This document shows positions 37,432-47,211 of a stretch of 64,000 nt of DNA, piece by piece. The stretch covers positions 1 through 64,000 of IMG/VR virus record IMGVR_UViG_3300022602_004810. The stretch is one strand, 5' to 3'. Under the pieces are notes generated by a model. It was not told the origin of the DNA and did no database searches. It saw only the letters and a program-made list of their open reading frames with translations. Position 1 is the stretch's first letter. Each line of letters opens with the position of its first letter. Both the position numbers and the translations under genes were made by a program. This DNA comes from a virus.

Positions 37432-37953
37432 TTACAGTTTTATATATTTAGCCAGATTTAGATTTTTCTTGATTTCTTTCTTTGCCTGGGCAACTCTATT
37501 CATTGTTTCTTGGTAACGAGTACTATAAAATTCCTCGCCCCATTGATCTTCATTTTGCTGTGCTTTTTTATAGCGAATACGATATAAGGCCGCATCAAAC
37601 TCTAATCTATTTAGTAGACTATCTGCCTCTTTAATATTATGTGCTAGTTGGTATTGTTGCTTATGTAGTGCTATGCAATAGAATATAGCATCTTTGCGAT
37701 TAAAGAAATTAAATAATTGCGAACTACCATCCATAACTTGCCAGGTTTGTTCGTTGATTTTTACCACACGATAACGACCCACCAGGACATCTGTGCCAAT
37801 CTGATAGCATAAAGGTAAGTCACTAGATACTGTTGTGATCTTTTCAAGTTCTTGTTGGGTAAAGCGTTTGATTTTTTCTACATCAAACGTTTCATTAGCG
37901 GATTCGTTTTTTGTAGTAGATTTTGCCATTTTCGTTGGTGCGTAGTAGAACAT
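37432..37953 (-). CDS. Hypothetical protein (start uncertain)
   Basis: ORF in a gene-dense operon. Confidence 0.55.
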   Translation of the reverse strand: MFYYAPTKMAKSTTKNESANETFDVEKIKRFTQQELEKITTVSSDLPLCYQIGTDVLVGRYRVVKINEQTWQVMDGSSQLFNFFNRKDAIFYCIALHKQQYQLAHNIKEADSLLNRLEFDAALYRIRYKKAQQNEDQWGEEFYSTRYQETMNRVAQAKKEIKKNLNLAKYIKL

Positions 37954-38104
37954 CTTTATTTGTTAATTGATTAGCCAGCACCTGCTCACGTTCATCTAAG
38001 TGAGATTTGGCAATAGGGGTATCACCAACAAAACGTTCAAGCAATGTTGCTTCTTCGTTATTGATGGGTAATTGTATGTTGTTGATCAGTTCTACTATCT
38101 TCAT
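37895..38104 (-). CDS. Small conserved protein
   Basis: Start MKIVELINN at 38104, 5 nt after TAAATA. Confidence 0.6.
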   Translation of the reverse strand: MKIVELINNIQLPINNEEATLLERFVGDTPIAKSHLDEREQVLANQLTNKDVLLRTNENGKIYYKKRIR

Positions 38105-38115
38105 AGTAGTATTTA

Positions 38116-38379
38116 TTACTTGAGAAACTCGTGGCCAAGATAACCAAGGAGTGCTGAAAGGAGTACGCCAAGAATAGTAACTGTCCAACCCATAACATTT
38201 GTGCTACGGTTTTCTAGTTTAGTTTCAAGACTGTCTTTAATATTGATAAGATACATTTCCATCTTATCCATACGTTGTTCAAGGTTGTTTAGTTTCGTAT
38301 CCAAAGCGCCGTACCTCACAGCACATATTTCAACGTGGGCTTCTAAACTCTTCTTCTCAATATTTGTAGGTGTGGTCAC
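38116..38379 (-). CDS. Small coiled-coil protein with C-terminal TM helix (holin/XhlA-like architecture)
   Basis: GTG 38379 with GAGGAG SD; LEAHVEICAVRY coiled coil followed by WTVTILGVLLSALLGYLG. Confidence 0.55.
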   Translation of the reverse strand: MTTPTNIEKKSLEAHVEICAVRYGALDTKLNNLEQRMDKMEMYLINIKDSLETKLENRSTNVMGWTVTILGVLLSALLGYLGHEFLK

Positions 38380-38396
38380 CGCTCGTCTCCTCAACG

Positions 38397-38451
38397 ATGC
38401 CGTCTACTATGCCTTGATATTATGCCTTAATATGTGCCTTAATGAATGCCT
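38397..38451 (-). repeat. Five periodic (A)GGCA(T/C) repeats in a 5' leader
   Basis: Units start at 38397, 38409, 38422, 38434 and 38446 (period 12-13 nt), between TAAATA and the SD. Confidence 0.8.
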
Positions 38452-38475
38452 GTAGCATCAAGTAATATTTATTAA

Positions 38476-38898
38476 TTACAGCAAAGTTTTAAAGTATATG
38501 TTATTCCAAGGACCTTTGGGATAGAAAAAAGGGCGTTCTGGTTTGGCTGTTTCTGTTAGACCCAGGATAATAGGAGTAATGTTAAAATCATATTTAACAA
38601 GTCCAAACTTATCAGGCCCTTCTTGATAGATATCAGAATATTCTACTGAGAATTTAAATGTCCAAATACTGTGCTGTCCGCTATAATTAATTCCAAAATT
38701 ATAGCCATTAGTAACATCATCTTTAAGTTGCCATGTGCTGATAATTGTAGGTTGAGTGCGTAGGCTTAGAATCTGTTGTACAGTTTCCCAATTGCGCTGT
38801 TGATTGCGCTCTAGCGCACGTTCAGCGGTATGATTAGTTACCCCTGTTGGAGTAACGTCAATTAACGTAAAACCTTGATATAGATATTGATTAGTCAC
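38476..38898 (-). CDS. Conserved hypothetical protein
   Basis: TLIDVTPTG, RNQQRNWETVQQILSLRTQP; start moved to GTG 38898 because the track's extension spans a terminator and a promoter. Confidence 0.65.
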   Translation of the reverse strand: MTNQYLYQGFTLIDVTPTGVTNHTAERALERNQQRNWETVQQILSLRTQPTIISTWQLKDDVTNGYNFGINYSGQHSIWTFKFSVEYSDIYQEGPDKFGLVKYDFNITPIILGLTETAKPERPFFYPKGPWNNIYFKTLL

Positions 38899-38902
38899 TA
38901 GG

Positions 38903-38910
38903 TATTTATA
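38903..38910 (-). promoter_or_regulatory. T4-type late promoter TATAAATA
   Basis: Exact consensus 4 nt before GTG. Confidence 0.65.
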
Positions 38911-38916
38911 GACAAT

Positions 38917-38945
38917 AAAAAAGCCCTTATAAAAAGGGCTTTTTC
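38917..38945 (-). terminator. Intrinsic terminator (possibly bidirectional)
   Basis: AAAAAGCCCTT-loop-AAGGGCTTTTT. Confidence 0.85.
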
Positions 38946-38968
38946 TATTCAATAACTAATTGTTTAGA

Positions 38969-39352
38969 TTAGTATGTGAATGCTGTTATAGTTGCACCTG
39001 CTACACCAGAACCATTGATTACAGTGTTAGCGTATGCTTGTAAGCTGTAAGCACCTGTTGAAGCTGCTGGAGCTGCACCAGATAACGCTACGTGGAATAA
39101 GTTACCTGATTGCGGAGCACCTAAAAGCTCAATAGAACCAACTTGCTCAATAGCTAAAACTAATTTTTCATAGTCTGAACCAGCTGCTAAGTAGTTTAAG
39201 TTTGTACCGTTACCATATGTGTATAATGAAGCTGATGTAACTGTGTAGTGTGTAAGTTGACGACCTGTGATCTGAGCATTACCTGCTGAAGAACCGTCTG
39301 CTGGACGTGAACCACCGTTTACACGGCTAATTGTTGTTGCTGAAGCTACCAT
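38969..39352 (-). CDS. Putative abundant virion protein
   Basis: A/G/S/T-rich; own TAAATA, strong AGGAG SD and own terminator. Confidence 0.55.
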   Translation of the reverse strand: MVASATTISRVNGGSRPADGSSAGNAQITGRQLTHYTVTSASLYTYGNGTNLNYLAAGSDYEKLVLAIEQVGSIELLGAPQSGNLFHVALSGAAPAASTGAYSLQAYANTVINGSGVAGATITAFTY

Positions 39353-39398
39353 AATATTTCTCCTAAAATAATTTTACGCTTATTGCGCTTAATATTAT

Positions 39399-40640
39399 TT
39401 AGCCTTTTGATAAAAAATTAGTTCTAGAGAAGGTTAAACGATCAACTAATTTAACAGCGCCACCATTGTGACCTATAGCCACAAATCCCTCTGGCGCTGT
39501 TACTCGATAACCGTCTGTGGTCTTTTGGAATGTACCAATACCTTCAACTTGATTTAGTTTGTGTATTAGCATGAGTTTTAATTCAATGATGCGTTTGTAT
39601 GTAGCAATAACACCTAATAGGTTATTACTGTTGTCTGCGATCCAATCTTCACGTGCTTTGATCTTAGCTACACGAGCCTGTGCCGCACGACCTTCTAAAC
39701 CGCCACTTAATTGTTCGATACCTTTCATCATTTCTAATTCATAATGCTTAATAAAGTTCTTTAAGAACTGCAAAGGTTCACCTACATGACTGCCACTGCG
39801 TATCTGCTGATTAATGAAAGGTTTAATCATACGACTAAATTCTTTATCTTGTAGAACAATATCAAAACGTTGTTGGCCTAATTTGTTCATTGTGTCAAGT
39901 GTAGCATCTAGATTGCGTTGTATCTTAGTATTTTCACTAGGAGTTAGACTTGCTACACCTGTGTAGTCTTTGTAGGTAGCATCATCAAACCATACGTTTT
40001 TAGTTTGTGTAAATCCGCCGACATTAACTCCAAACTCTGCAGTCATTGTGTCAATTGATTCACCTGTATAGCTAGTATGGAATATAATACCAATCTGTGC
40101 GGCAGCAATGCGCTGCCCTAGATGGCTTTTAACTGGCACCGCATAGGTAATTGTATTTGGAGTAAACACATAGCAATCTTCTTCGTTAACATTAACTACT
40201 GTAAGATCTCCCGGAGTGAACATTAGGTCACCTTGCACAACTCCGCCAATACGTAATTCGCGTAGATATTTTAATGCGGCTTCCAACATTGCTGATAGTG
40301 TAGGTTCGTGGCCATACCATTGTTCAATATCTTTGGTTGATTTACAGCGTTTAGGTTGTGCTTTGGAAAATACTGACTTAGTGCCAACAAAGAAACGACC
40401 ATCTTCTGGATCTGTGCCACAGATAATTGCTGGGCTACCGTCCCATTTAACCGTTAGCTGTGTTGTTGTACCTGTGCCTTCTGCTAGCATCTGACGTAGA
40501 CTGTCGATATAATTTAGTGCTTCTTGTGCGCCTGCCCATCCCTTGTTAAAGATAAGATCTTCAAGATGCTCAAGGTGTGTGTTCTTACTTTCTGTAAGTA
40601 ACCATTGTGGGGTTTGTTTCTTAATTTCGTATAGTTGCAT
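39399..40640 (-). CDS. Conserved T4-like jumbo-phage protein
   Basis: KNTHLEHLED, TVKWDGSPA, QGDLMF, PNTITY, PEGFV, KLVDR motifs (KWDG and EGFV recall the ligase-like nucleotidyltransferase fold). Confidence 0.65.
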   Translation of the reverse strand: MQLYEIKKQTPQWLLTESKNTHLEHLEDLIFNKGWAGAQEALNYIDSLRQMLAEGTGTTTQLTVKWDGSPAIICGTDPEDGRFFVGTKSVFSKAQPKRCKSTKDIEQWYGHEPTLSAMLEAALKYLRELRIGGVVQGDLMFTPGDLTVVNVNEEDCYVFTPNTITYAVPVKSHLGQRIAAAQIGIIFHTSYTGESIDTMTAEFGVNVGGFTQTKNVWFDDATYKDYTGVASLTPSENTKIQRNLDATLDTMNKLGQQRFDIVLQDKEFSRMIKPFINQQIRSGSHVGEPLQFLKNFIKHYELEMMKGIEQLSGGLEGRAAQARVAKIKAREDWIADNSNNLLGVIATYKRIIELKLMLIHKLNQVEGIGTFQKTTDGYRVTAPEGFVAIGHNGGAVKLVDRLTFSRTNFLSKG

Positions 40641-41509
40641 TATTTTGTTGCTTGTTGTTGTTGCTGTAATAGTGCTTCGAGATGCGGTACGTCTGCATCT
40701 ACTACAAATCCATCGCTACCTTGTTCGTCGGGTGTAGTCCATTGCCCGTCACTCCATTTGTCTGCTTTAATACCTCGTGGAGTAGTTACTGTTGCGATTT
40801 TAGTAGCATCAGTTGGTATATTTTGATTTGTTTTTTTAATTTGCGTAGGTTGATTAAAAGATGTGCCTGTTAATGCGCCTGCTTGTTGGTCTAAGAATGC
40901 TGATGTTGACTGTGGTGGCATTTTACCAGTTTTTTGACTTACCCACTCACCTCGATCATTTAAACCGTAGTCTTTACCTTGATATTTAAGAATGATAGGT
41001 TCTTGACTAACTAGAGTAACACCGGGTGCCGCATTAGCTTGTGGCTGTTGTTGGTTATTTTGGGCGGCTTGTTGTGTTGGATTTGCTTGTCTTTTTGCAA
41101 TTTCTGCACCAAGCTCTTTTTGTCCATAAGTCCCGCCACTCTTTGCGGCTAATTTAGCAGCATTGGATAATTCGTCATCTGACATTTTACTAAAATCCGG
41201 CTTACGTCTGGTTGCCATAAAATTTAGTTGTTGTTGTACAGATTTTGGAGCAGGAACAGTTTTACCAGTGGCCGGATTAACTAGGCCCCATTGTTGACCT
41301 AACCATTGATACTCATTGCCTTTATATTTAATATTACCAGCTTTGCTTGGCTTAAGATTGTTGGCTTGCTTAAATGATTTTTTGATGTCATCTACTGCAC
41401 CAGGAGCAACAAAGTCTGCAGCACCCTTAAATACACCTTGGCCTACACCCTTGGCCATATTACCAACGTTTTTCCAAAAACCTTCAATGATTACTTCTTT
41501 AATCTTCAT
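40640..41509 (-). CDS. Putative head-internal protein
   Basis: MKIKEVIIEG N-terminus; Q/K-rich low complexity. Confidence 0.55.
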   Translation of the reverse strand: MKIKEVIIEGFWKNVGNMAKGVGQGVFKGAADFVAPGAVDDIKKSFKQANNLKPSKAGNIKYKGNEYQWLGQQWGLVNPATGKTVPAPKSVQQQLNFMATRRKPDFSKMSDDELSNAAKLAAKSGGTYGQKELGAEIAKRQANPTQQAAQNNQQQPQANAAPGVTLVSQEPIILKYQGKDYGLNDRGEWVSQKTGKMPPQSTSAFLDQQAGALTGTSFNQPTQIKKTNQNIPTDATKIATVTTPRGIKADKWSDGQWTTPDEQGSDGFVVDADVPHLEALLQQQQQATK

Positions 41510-41747
41510 CTCTTAATTTCCTAACGCCGCGAGCAAATTTACTAGGATCTTGTCCTTTGATAGCATTAAGAAGACGGCGTTCTAATTCGCCAGCTGTATC
41601 TGCTTCGTAATTTTCGCGAATATACTTAATTAAGTTAATTGCGCCATTGATAATATTGTTAGCACGACTTTCTAGGAGATTATCCTTGTCCTTATGTGTT
41701 AACAATTCATCCAGTTCTGAAAGAATGCTACGAGTGCGCTTTTGCAC
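41499..41747 (-). CDS. Small conserved protein
   Basis: GTG start, GGAG SD, TAAATA upstream. Confidence 0.6.
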   Translation of the reverse strand: MQKRTRSILSELDELLTHKDKDNLLESRANNIINGAINLIKYIRENYEADTAGELERRLLNAIKGQDPSKFARGVRKLRDED

Positions 41748-41771
41748 AATAATTACTCCAATTTAGTATAT

Positions 41772-42770
41772 TTATTCAAAACCGCAGTTGTCATCGCAGA
41801 CAACCAATCTGCCAGATTCGAAATCATTTATGGACCATGAACTTTCGATTTGTGTGAACCATTCAATACAATTTTCTAAAGAATAATCTAAAGCATTATT
41901 ACTGCTAATAAGTGGAGATATTTGAGCATTAACTGCCTGAAGATATTCACCGTGACCATATGTTTTAGGACTGAAACCAGTATAACAACAAGGGTAAACA
42001 TCACCTGTTGCACTTATATAAATCGACTTTCTTTTCTTAGTCTCGCAACTAATTTTAGATTTGCGTACTAGTGTTATATCTTCTAATAATACTAAGTCTG
42101 TTTTCTTTTTATTAAAGAGAATATCAAAATTAGTTTCACCTCGATAATATCCCAACACATGCGTTAATTTTCCATGTTTATCAAATACAGGTCCTGCGTT
42201 CCTTCCATAGTCTACCAGATCAAACCTCATACCCATTTCTTCTGCCATAGCACGACATTGTTCTATTTGGTGTTCATTGAAATTAAATTTAATCATTTTC
42301 CACACAGCATACCCGCCAGCATCAATGAAAATCCGAGCATTATTTACAATGGTAGACCAACTAGTGTTTTGTCTGTATAAATGATGTGTGTCTTCTAATC
42401 CATCTAAACAAAATGAAACCATAACTCCAGCTTTTGCTATTCGTTGCCAAAATTGAGCATCTCTAGCAGATCCGTTGGTGCTTATTTCTAACGTCAGTTC
42501 GGAATTACAAGATCTGAAATATTCAACAATGTCTGGAGTTTCTGGATTCATAACAGCATCACCAAAATTGCCATTAATCCATAATCGATTTAATTGTTTA
42601 AGAAAATCTGGTTTAAAAATTGTCTTACATTGTTCCAAGGTTAAATTTGTTTCAGTATATCCGTCATTATATGGATAACCTCGAAAGTTTCTAGGGCACA
42701 AAGGACATCTAGCATTACACAGTGAAGAGATTTCTAGATGTACATCTCTAATTTCACTATAACCTATCAT
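41772..42770 (-). CDS. Radical SAM protein with C-terminal Cys cluster
   Basis: CNARCPLC, GNFGD, TNGS, DGL, YPCC...C...C. Confidence 0.9.
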   Translation of the reverse strand: MIGYSEIRDVHLEISSLCNARCPLCPRNFRGYPYNDGYTETNLTLEQCKTIFKPDFLKQLNRLWINGNFGDAVMNPETPDIVEYFRSCNSELTLEISTNGSARDAQFWQRIAKAGVMVSFCLDGLEDTHHLYRQNTSWSTIVNNARIFIDAGGYAVWKMIKFNFNEHQIEQCRAMAEEMGMRFDLVDYGRNAGPVFDKHGKLTHVLGYYRGETNFDILFNKKKTDLVLLEDITLVRKSKISCETKKRKSIYISATGDVYPCCYTGFSPKTYGHGEYLQAVNAQISPLISSNNALDYSLENCIEWFTQIESSWSINDFESGRLVVCDDNCGFE

Positions 42771-44149
42771 TCTGACTTCTTCAAGCCGGCTAACATACTC
42801 TTGAGTTTACTACTGTCAACAGTGGCATTCACTTTTGGAGCATCTGTAGATTCCTTAACTGTACTACCTGTCTTAATTTGGCTTAGGATGTTTGCAACTC
42901 CACCATTCCCGGCATCATCACTGGCACCACTGTCCGTAATGCGCATAGTATCGATATCATAATCTAAGTCAATTTTCTGACCCACACCAGTTGAACTACG
43001 TGACTTCATACACTGAATTTGATAACGTCCACGTTCACGCATTGCACGTGACGTAAAGATACCGAACACATTATCTGCTGTATTAATTTTACTTAGACCA
43101 CCAGCAATATGACTGTGATCAAATTCAATTTCTTCCACAGCACCGCGATTAAGTTGTGATGCGGTTACAAATAACACATTAAGTTCTTTTGCTAGATTAC
43201 GCAATTCTTCACTTACATATTTGTCCTTAACAAACAAGTCATTTGGACTAACTTTAGCACTTACAGGCATGACCAAATCCAAGTAGTCTACCATAACAAA
43301 ATCAACTCGTTTACCAGTTTGAATCTGATATTCTTTCAAATATGCTCTAATGTCGTTGACGTTTGACTGTGCTGGGAACCCTTTAATTTGATAGTTACCC
43401 GCTTTCTTACTTACTAGGCGCACTTTCATTGTAGTTGTGTCAATATCTTTACGGATATCTTTTGTGCCCATGCCTGTAAGCATAGCATCTGTTCTAAGTG
43501 CGCAAAGTTCTTCACTCAACTCTAAACTTACATACACTCCACTCAAACCCTGTTGTAACCAGCTAAGTGCAATGTTCATCATAACTAATGACTTACCAGA
43601 ACCAGAGCCACCAGCAAAGATGTTTAGTTCACCGCGACTAAATCCACCATATAATAGCTTATCAAGTTGTGGCCAACCTGTTGATACCTGGCCACCGCTG
43701 TTGTAATACTTTTCAATACGTAGTTTAGGATCAGCAAAGTAATCTGTACCCATGTCTTTGGTCAAGCTAATTTGTACAGCATCTTTGATTAATTTTTCTA
43801 CAGGATTGTAATCACCCTTTTCCAACATGTCTGCGGCTTTAAGAATAGCACGTTCAAGTTCTTGACGTTTAGTAAATCCCTCAAACTCATTCATAAACCA
43901 TTCATAATGGCTTTCATTTAAATCTGGTACATGTTTTAGATCAGTGCCAGTAACTGCCTTGACCTGTTCAATAGTAGGCATGGCTCTGTGCTGATCTGTA
44001 TGTTCTTTGATAAATTTAGCCACTTCACGTAGACTGCGATCAAAGTTTTCTGGATTGTAGATGTTCTGTACACGCACATAGCTCTGTGCGTCTTGTAGCA
44101 TCATTTCAATAAAAAGTTTTTGTAAATCTAGTGAATAGTCTTTGCTCAT
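42767..44149 (-). CDS. Replicative DnaB-like helicase (T4 gp41-like)
   Basis: Walker A GGSGSGKS, SLE, VDYLD, TASQLNR, KSR; start MSKDYS (ATGA overlap). Confidence 0.93.
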   Translation of the reverse strand: MSKDYSLDLQKLFIEMMLQDAQSYVRVQNIYNPENFDRSLREVAKFIKEHTDQHRAMPTIEQVKAVTGTDLKHVPDLNESHYEWFMNEFEGFTKRQELERAILKAADMLEKGDYNPVEKLIKDAVQISLTKDMGTDYFADPKLRIEKYYNSGGQVSTGWPQLDKLLYGGFSRGELNIFAGGSGSGKSLVMMNIALSWLQQGLSGVYVSLELSEELCALRTDAMLTGMGTKDIRKDIDTTTMKVRLVSKKAGNYQIKGFPAQSNVNDIRAYLKEYQIQTGKRVDFVMVDYLDLVMPVSAKVSPNDLFVKDKYVSEELRNLAKELNVLFVTASQLNRGAVEEIEFDHSHIAGGLSKINTADNVFGIFTSRAMRERGRYQIQCMKSRSSTGVGQKIDLDYDIDTMRITDSGASDDAGNGGVANILSQIKTGSTVKESTDAPKVNATVDSSKLKSMLAGLKKSE

Positions 44150-45123
44150 ACTTTTCCGCAATTAAACGTGCAATATACTGGTTTAGTTTCTTCTAATGTT
44201 TCAAAAAAGTTAACGGTTTTTGGTTCAGTTAAAATTTTTGATAGTGTAGTTTTACTTATATCATACAAATCTTTATTTTTATAAAAATCACTTTTATAAT
44301 AAAAACGGTAATCTCCTGCCCAACAACAGGGAGAATAAAACCCTCTAGCAGATACAAAATGCATCGAATTTGATACTTTACATATCGGACGAATATCTAA
44401 TGTTGAACCACTTAGCCAATTTTTTTTAGATTCATTTCTGTTTCCGACATGAGCTCCATTATACAACACCTCGGTAACTGAATTATTTAACAACTTGATC
44501 TCAGAATCATTATGAAATTCAACAAAAGATGATGGTTTAAGCCAATCATCTTTTACCCATCTATCACTATTAATTAACATAAAATCATCCATGCCCAATT
44601 GAATGCTTAGTTCTTTGGCTTCATTGATTGTACTTTCATTATAACTGAAAAGAATACATTTCCAAACAACTTTGGCTGAACCGTTAACTAATACATTTAT
44701 GCCATTTTTAATACTATCCCAATTTGCATTTATTCGATAGTTTGTAAAGTTATCTGGAGTTCCATCAATTGAAAAAGAAACTATATCGTTACAATCTAAT
44801 AACTCATTGAGCTGTTCCCACCAATCAACAGTTTTATGGCTGCCATTGGTATGTATATTAACTATTGCCCCCGATGTTTTTAAAAATTTTATTAATTCGA
44901 TTAGTTGTGGGTAATATATAGGATCACCGTCATTGCCAATTAAACTTACCAAAACCCCAGTAAGATCTATATCTAAGAATTTTTTTAATTGCTCTAAATC
45001 TAAATTTTGATTAGTCCATTTATTTGGAAATTGATTAATAAACTCAGTACGACTGCATCGTGGACACTTTAAGGTACACATGTTTGTAGTCTCGATATGT
45101 ATCCCCCGCAATTTATCAAGCAT
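44146..45123 (-). CDS. Radical SAM protein (paralogue of 41772..42770)
   Basis: CTLKCPRC, GNDGD, TNGS, IDG, SPCC...CTFNC. Confidence 0.9.
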   Translation of the reverse strand: MLDKLRGIHIETTNMCTLKCPRCSRTEFINQFPNKWTNQNLDLEQLKKFLDIDLTGVLVSLIGNDGDPIYYPQLIELIKFLKTSGAIVNIHTNGSHKTVDWWEQLNELLDCNDIVSFSIDGTPDNFTNYRINANWDSIKNGINVLVNGSAKVVWKCILFSYNESTINEAKELSIQLGMDDFMLINSDRWVKDDWLKPSSFVEFHNDSEIKLLNNSVTEVLYNGAHVGNRNESKKNWLSGSTLDIRPICKVSNSMHFVSARGFYSPCCWAGDYRFYYKSDFYKNKDLYDISKTTLSKILTEPKTVNFFETLEETKPVYCTFNCGKV

Positions 45124-46150
45124 GTAACTTTTTCCTCATTAGTTCAATTTTTAACTTACTTGATTCTCTAGCATCTAAAATGCTCTTAAGCACAAATAGT
45201 TTACCATATTTAACCACAGCTTCATTAATATCTTTACAGGTCTCTTGCCATACAGGAAAGCTAGCCGACCAGCCATATTCCATTGCGTTTTGTAGTAATT
45301 TTGCACCCGCCTTATCACGATCTGCCACTACAATAACTTCTTTGCCTAAGCTCTCAATGATTTCAGCTTGAGTTTCACTACACTCATTGCTCATGACTGC
45401 AACACCATCTACTGACATCGCATCAAATGGGCCTTCACAGACTATGACAAACTTACTATCAGGTAGTTGATTGTTTATGTTGAACACAAAGTTAGGTTCA
45501 TAGTTGCTATAGTATTTAGGCTTAACGCCATCTACAAACGCACGGCTAGTGTAGCCAATGGTCCGACCTTCCCAAATCATAGGAATGATCACACGTTGAT
45601 GCAGGCTGTGTTCTGTGCTATCAGTCCAATAAAAGTCATACTTATCGTAGTTCATTTTACGACTGTTTGTGTAGTCAACAGCTGAGTTTAGTAGTGGGGG
45701 TACATTTTTAAAATCACTCAATGTGTAAAATGATATGAATTGCTGAAAGCTAAGTGCATCTTTGGGCAGTTCTCTGACCTTAAACTCAATCTTTTCTTCA
45801 GCTTCAGCTTTAACTTCTTCTGGGTTAACTAGTTCACGGATACGAATAGCTTCAATAACTAGGCGTTTAATGTCGTTTTCATCAGCACCTAACCAACGTA
45901 AGAGTTTACGGAATTTGAATGTTAAGTGACGACCTGGTTGATAACTAGCTTTGAAGTTACAATTGAAACACGAATATGAGATACTCCCGTCAGCATTAGC
46001 CGTAAGTCCGCCTCTGCCTCTAGTGTCGGCTGTTTCGCCGTTGTGTACGCAACATGGAGCATTTCCTGAAATCCAGCCAGATGGACTAGACTTTGTTTTG
46101 CGTCCAGTTTTCCATAAGGCTACAGTAAAATCTGATATTATTTTAATCAA
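45116..46150 (-). CDS. DNA primase (T4 gp61-like)
   Basis: Zn-binding CCVH...CFNC; TOPRIM EGPFD, DRD, KDIN. Confidence 0.9.
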   Translation of the reverse strand: MIKIISDFTVALWKTGRKTKSSPSGWISGNAPCCVHNGETADTRGRGGLTANADGSISYSCFNCNFKASYQPGRHLTFKFRKLLRWLGADENDIKRLVIEAIRIRELVNPEEVKAEAEEKIEFKVRELPKDALSFQQFISFYTLSDFKNVPPLLNSAVDYTNSRKMNYDKYDFYWTDSTEHSLHQRVIIPMIWEGRTIGYTSRAFVDGVKPKYYSNYEPNFVFNINNQLPDSKFVIVCEGPFDAMSVDGVAVMSNECSETQAEIIESLGKEVIVVADRDKAGAKLLQNAMEYGWSASFPVWQETCKDINEAVVKYGKLFVLKSILDARESSKLKIELMRKKLHA

Positions 46151-46802
46151 TGCGTTTTACTTTCCAGTGATTATTATCTTTACGGGTACGAGTAGTAACA
46201 GTATTATTATAACACTTTCTGTATGCACCGAACAACTGCCAATAGCCTATTTTTAATTCGTTTTCGTGTAATTTGGCAAAATCTTTTAACCCCAAGTCAG
46301 TCTCCCAAATTCTACCGTCTGGGGATTCTATTAAATATTTGCCTTTGTGAGCATCACTTTTTCGTTTCTTTGTCTCTTCTGAATCCGGTGTTGTAGCATA
46401 GCGTTGTTTTTGTCCCACACTACAATTAGCACTTCGTTGTGCTTTTTTCTCTGGGCTCATAGTTCTGTGATGCTTTGTGGCTAAATCTCTAGCAAGAGCA
46501 GAGTCTACACCATCACCACCTATAGTCATATTATAACCTTCATTAATAGAATTGTAGTGTTGTATCCAATGTATTTCTCTCTCGTTTAATTGTTCTTTTG
46601 TCCAAGCATCATCTTGTTCAATAATTTCAAATTTCATATTTTGCCAACCATACTTTTTAATAGCATTGGCTACTTTTCTATCTGTTTTATCGTATTTTTC
46701 TAATCTGAGGTACCATCTTTCTTTTTCTTCAACCGATACTGTAGATTGTCCTACATAGACTTTAGATGAGGGTGATGTAATAAGGTAAATGAATTTTGAC
46801 AT
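46143..46802 (-). mobile_element. Free-standing GIY-YIG homing endonuclease gene
   Basis: FIYLITSPSSKVYVGQS, AIKKYG, EREIHWI, GYNMTIGG, ETKKRKS repeat-like segment. Confidence 0.85.
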
Positions 46803-46844
46803 ATAAGTATTTATGTCAATTAGCAATTAAAGCAAATGATTTGA

Positions 46845-47183
46845 TTAGAACGAAGTGGTTATGCTACTGCGAACCCAAGTATTAGCCGCTGTACATACGT
46901 ACATATAGCTACTATCTACAGCAACTTGTCCAATTACTCCAGAACTATTGCTGTGCGTTGGTGGAATATTAACTAAACTTAATCCTTGAAATCCGATAAT
47001 GTCGTTAACAGTTAGAATAATATTACCAGTGCGACCAGCTACACTAGTTACACTATTTGACAGGGCATTTACGTTGTTTTTAACAATTTGAAAGTTATTA
47101 TTAATTATACTAAATGCTGAGCGTAATGGATCCCCATCGCCTGCGCTAGGGCCTGAACCAATGTTAACGTTTGCTAATATCAT
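46845..47183 (-). CDS. Small baseplate/fibre-type structural protein
   Basis: VNIGSGP..GDGDPLRSAF..IN.NF N-terminal motif; YMYVCTAANTW tail. Confidence 0.65.
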   Translation of the reverse strand: MILANVNIGSGPSAGDGDPLRSAFSIINNNFQIVKNNVNALSNSVTSVAGRTGNIILTVNDIIGFQGLSLVNIPPTHSNSSGVIGQVAVDSSYMYVCTAANTWVRSSITTSF

Positions 47184-47203
47184 ATTTGTTCTCTGTTATT
47201 GTA

Positions 47204-47211
47204 TATTTATA
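47204..47211 (-). promoter_or_regulatory. T4-type late promoter TATAAATA
   Basis: Exact consensus overlapping the upstream stop codon. Confidence 0.65.

Noticed and set aside
38397-38451. Periodic repeats as a mini-CRISPR array
   Set aside because: Repeats are 6-7 nt with 5-6 nt spacers, far too short, and there are no cas genes.
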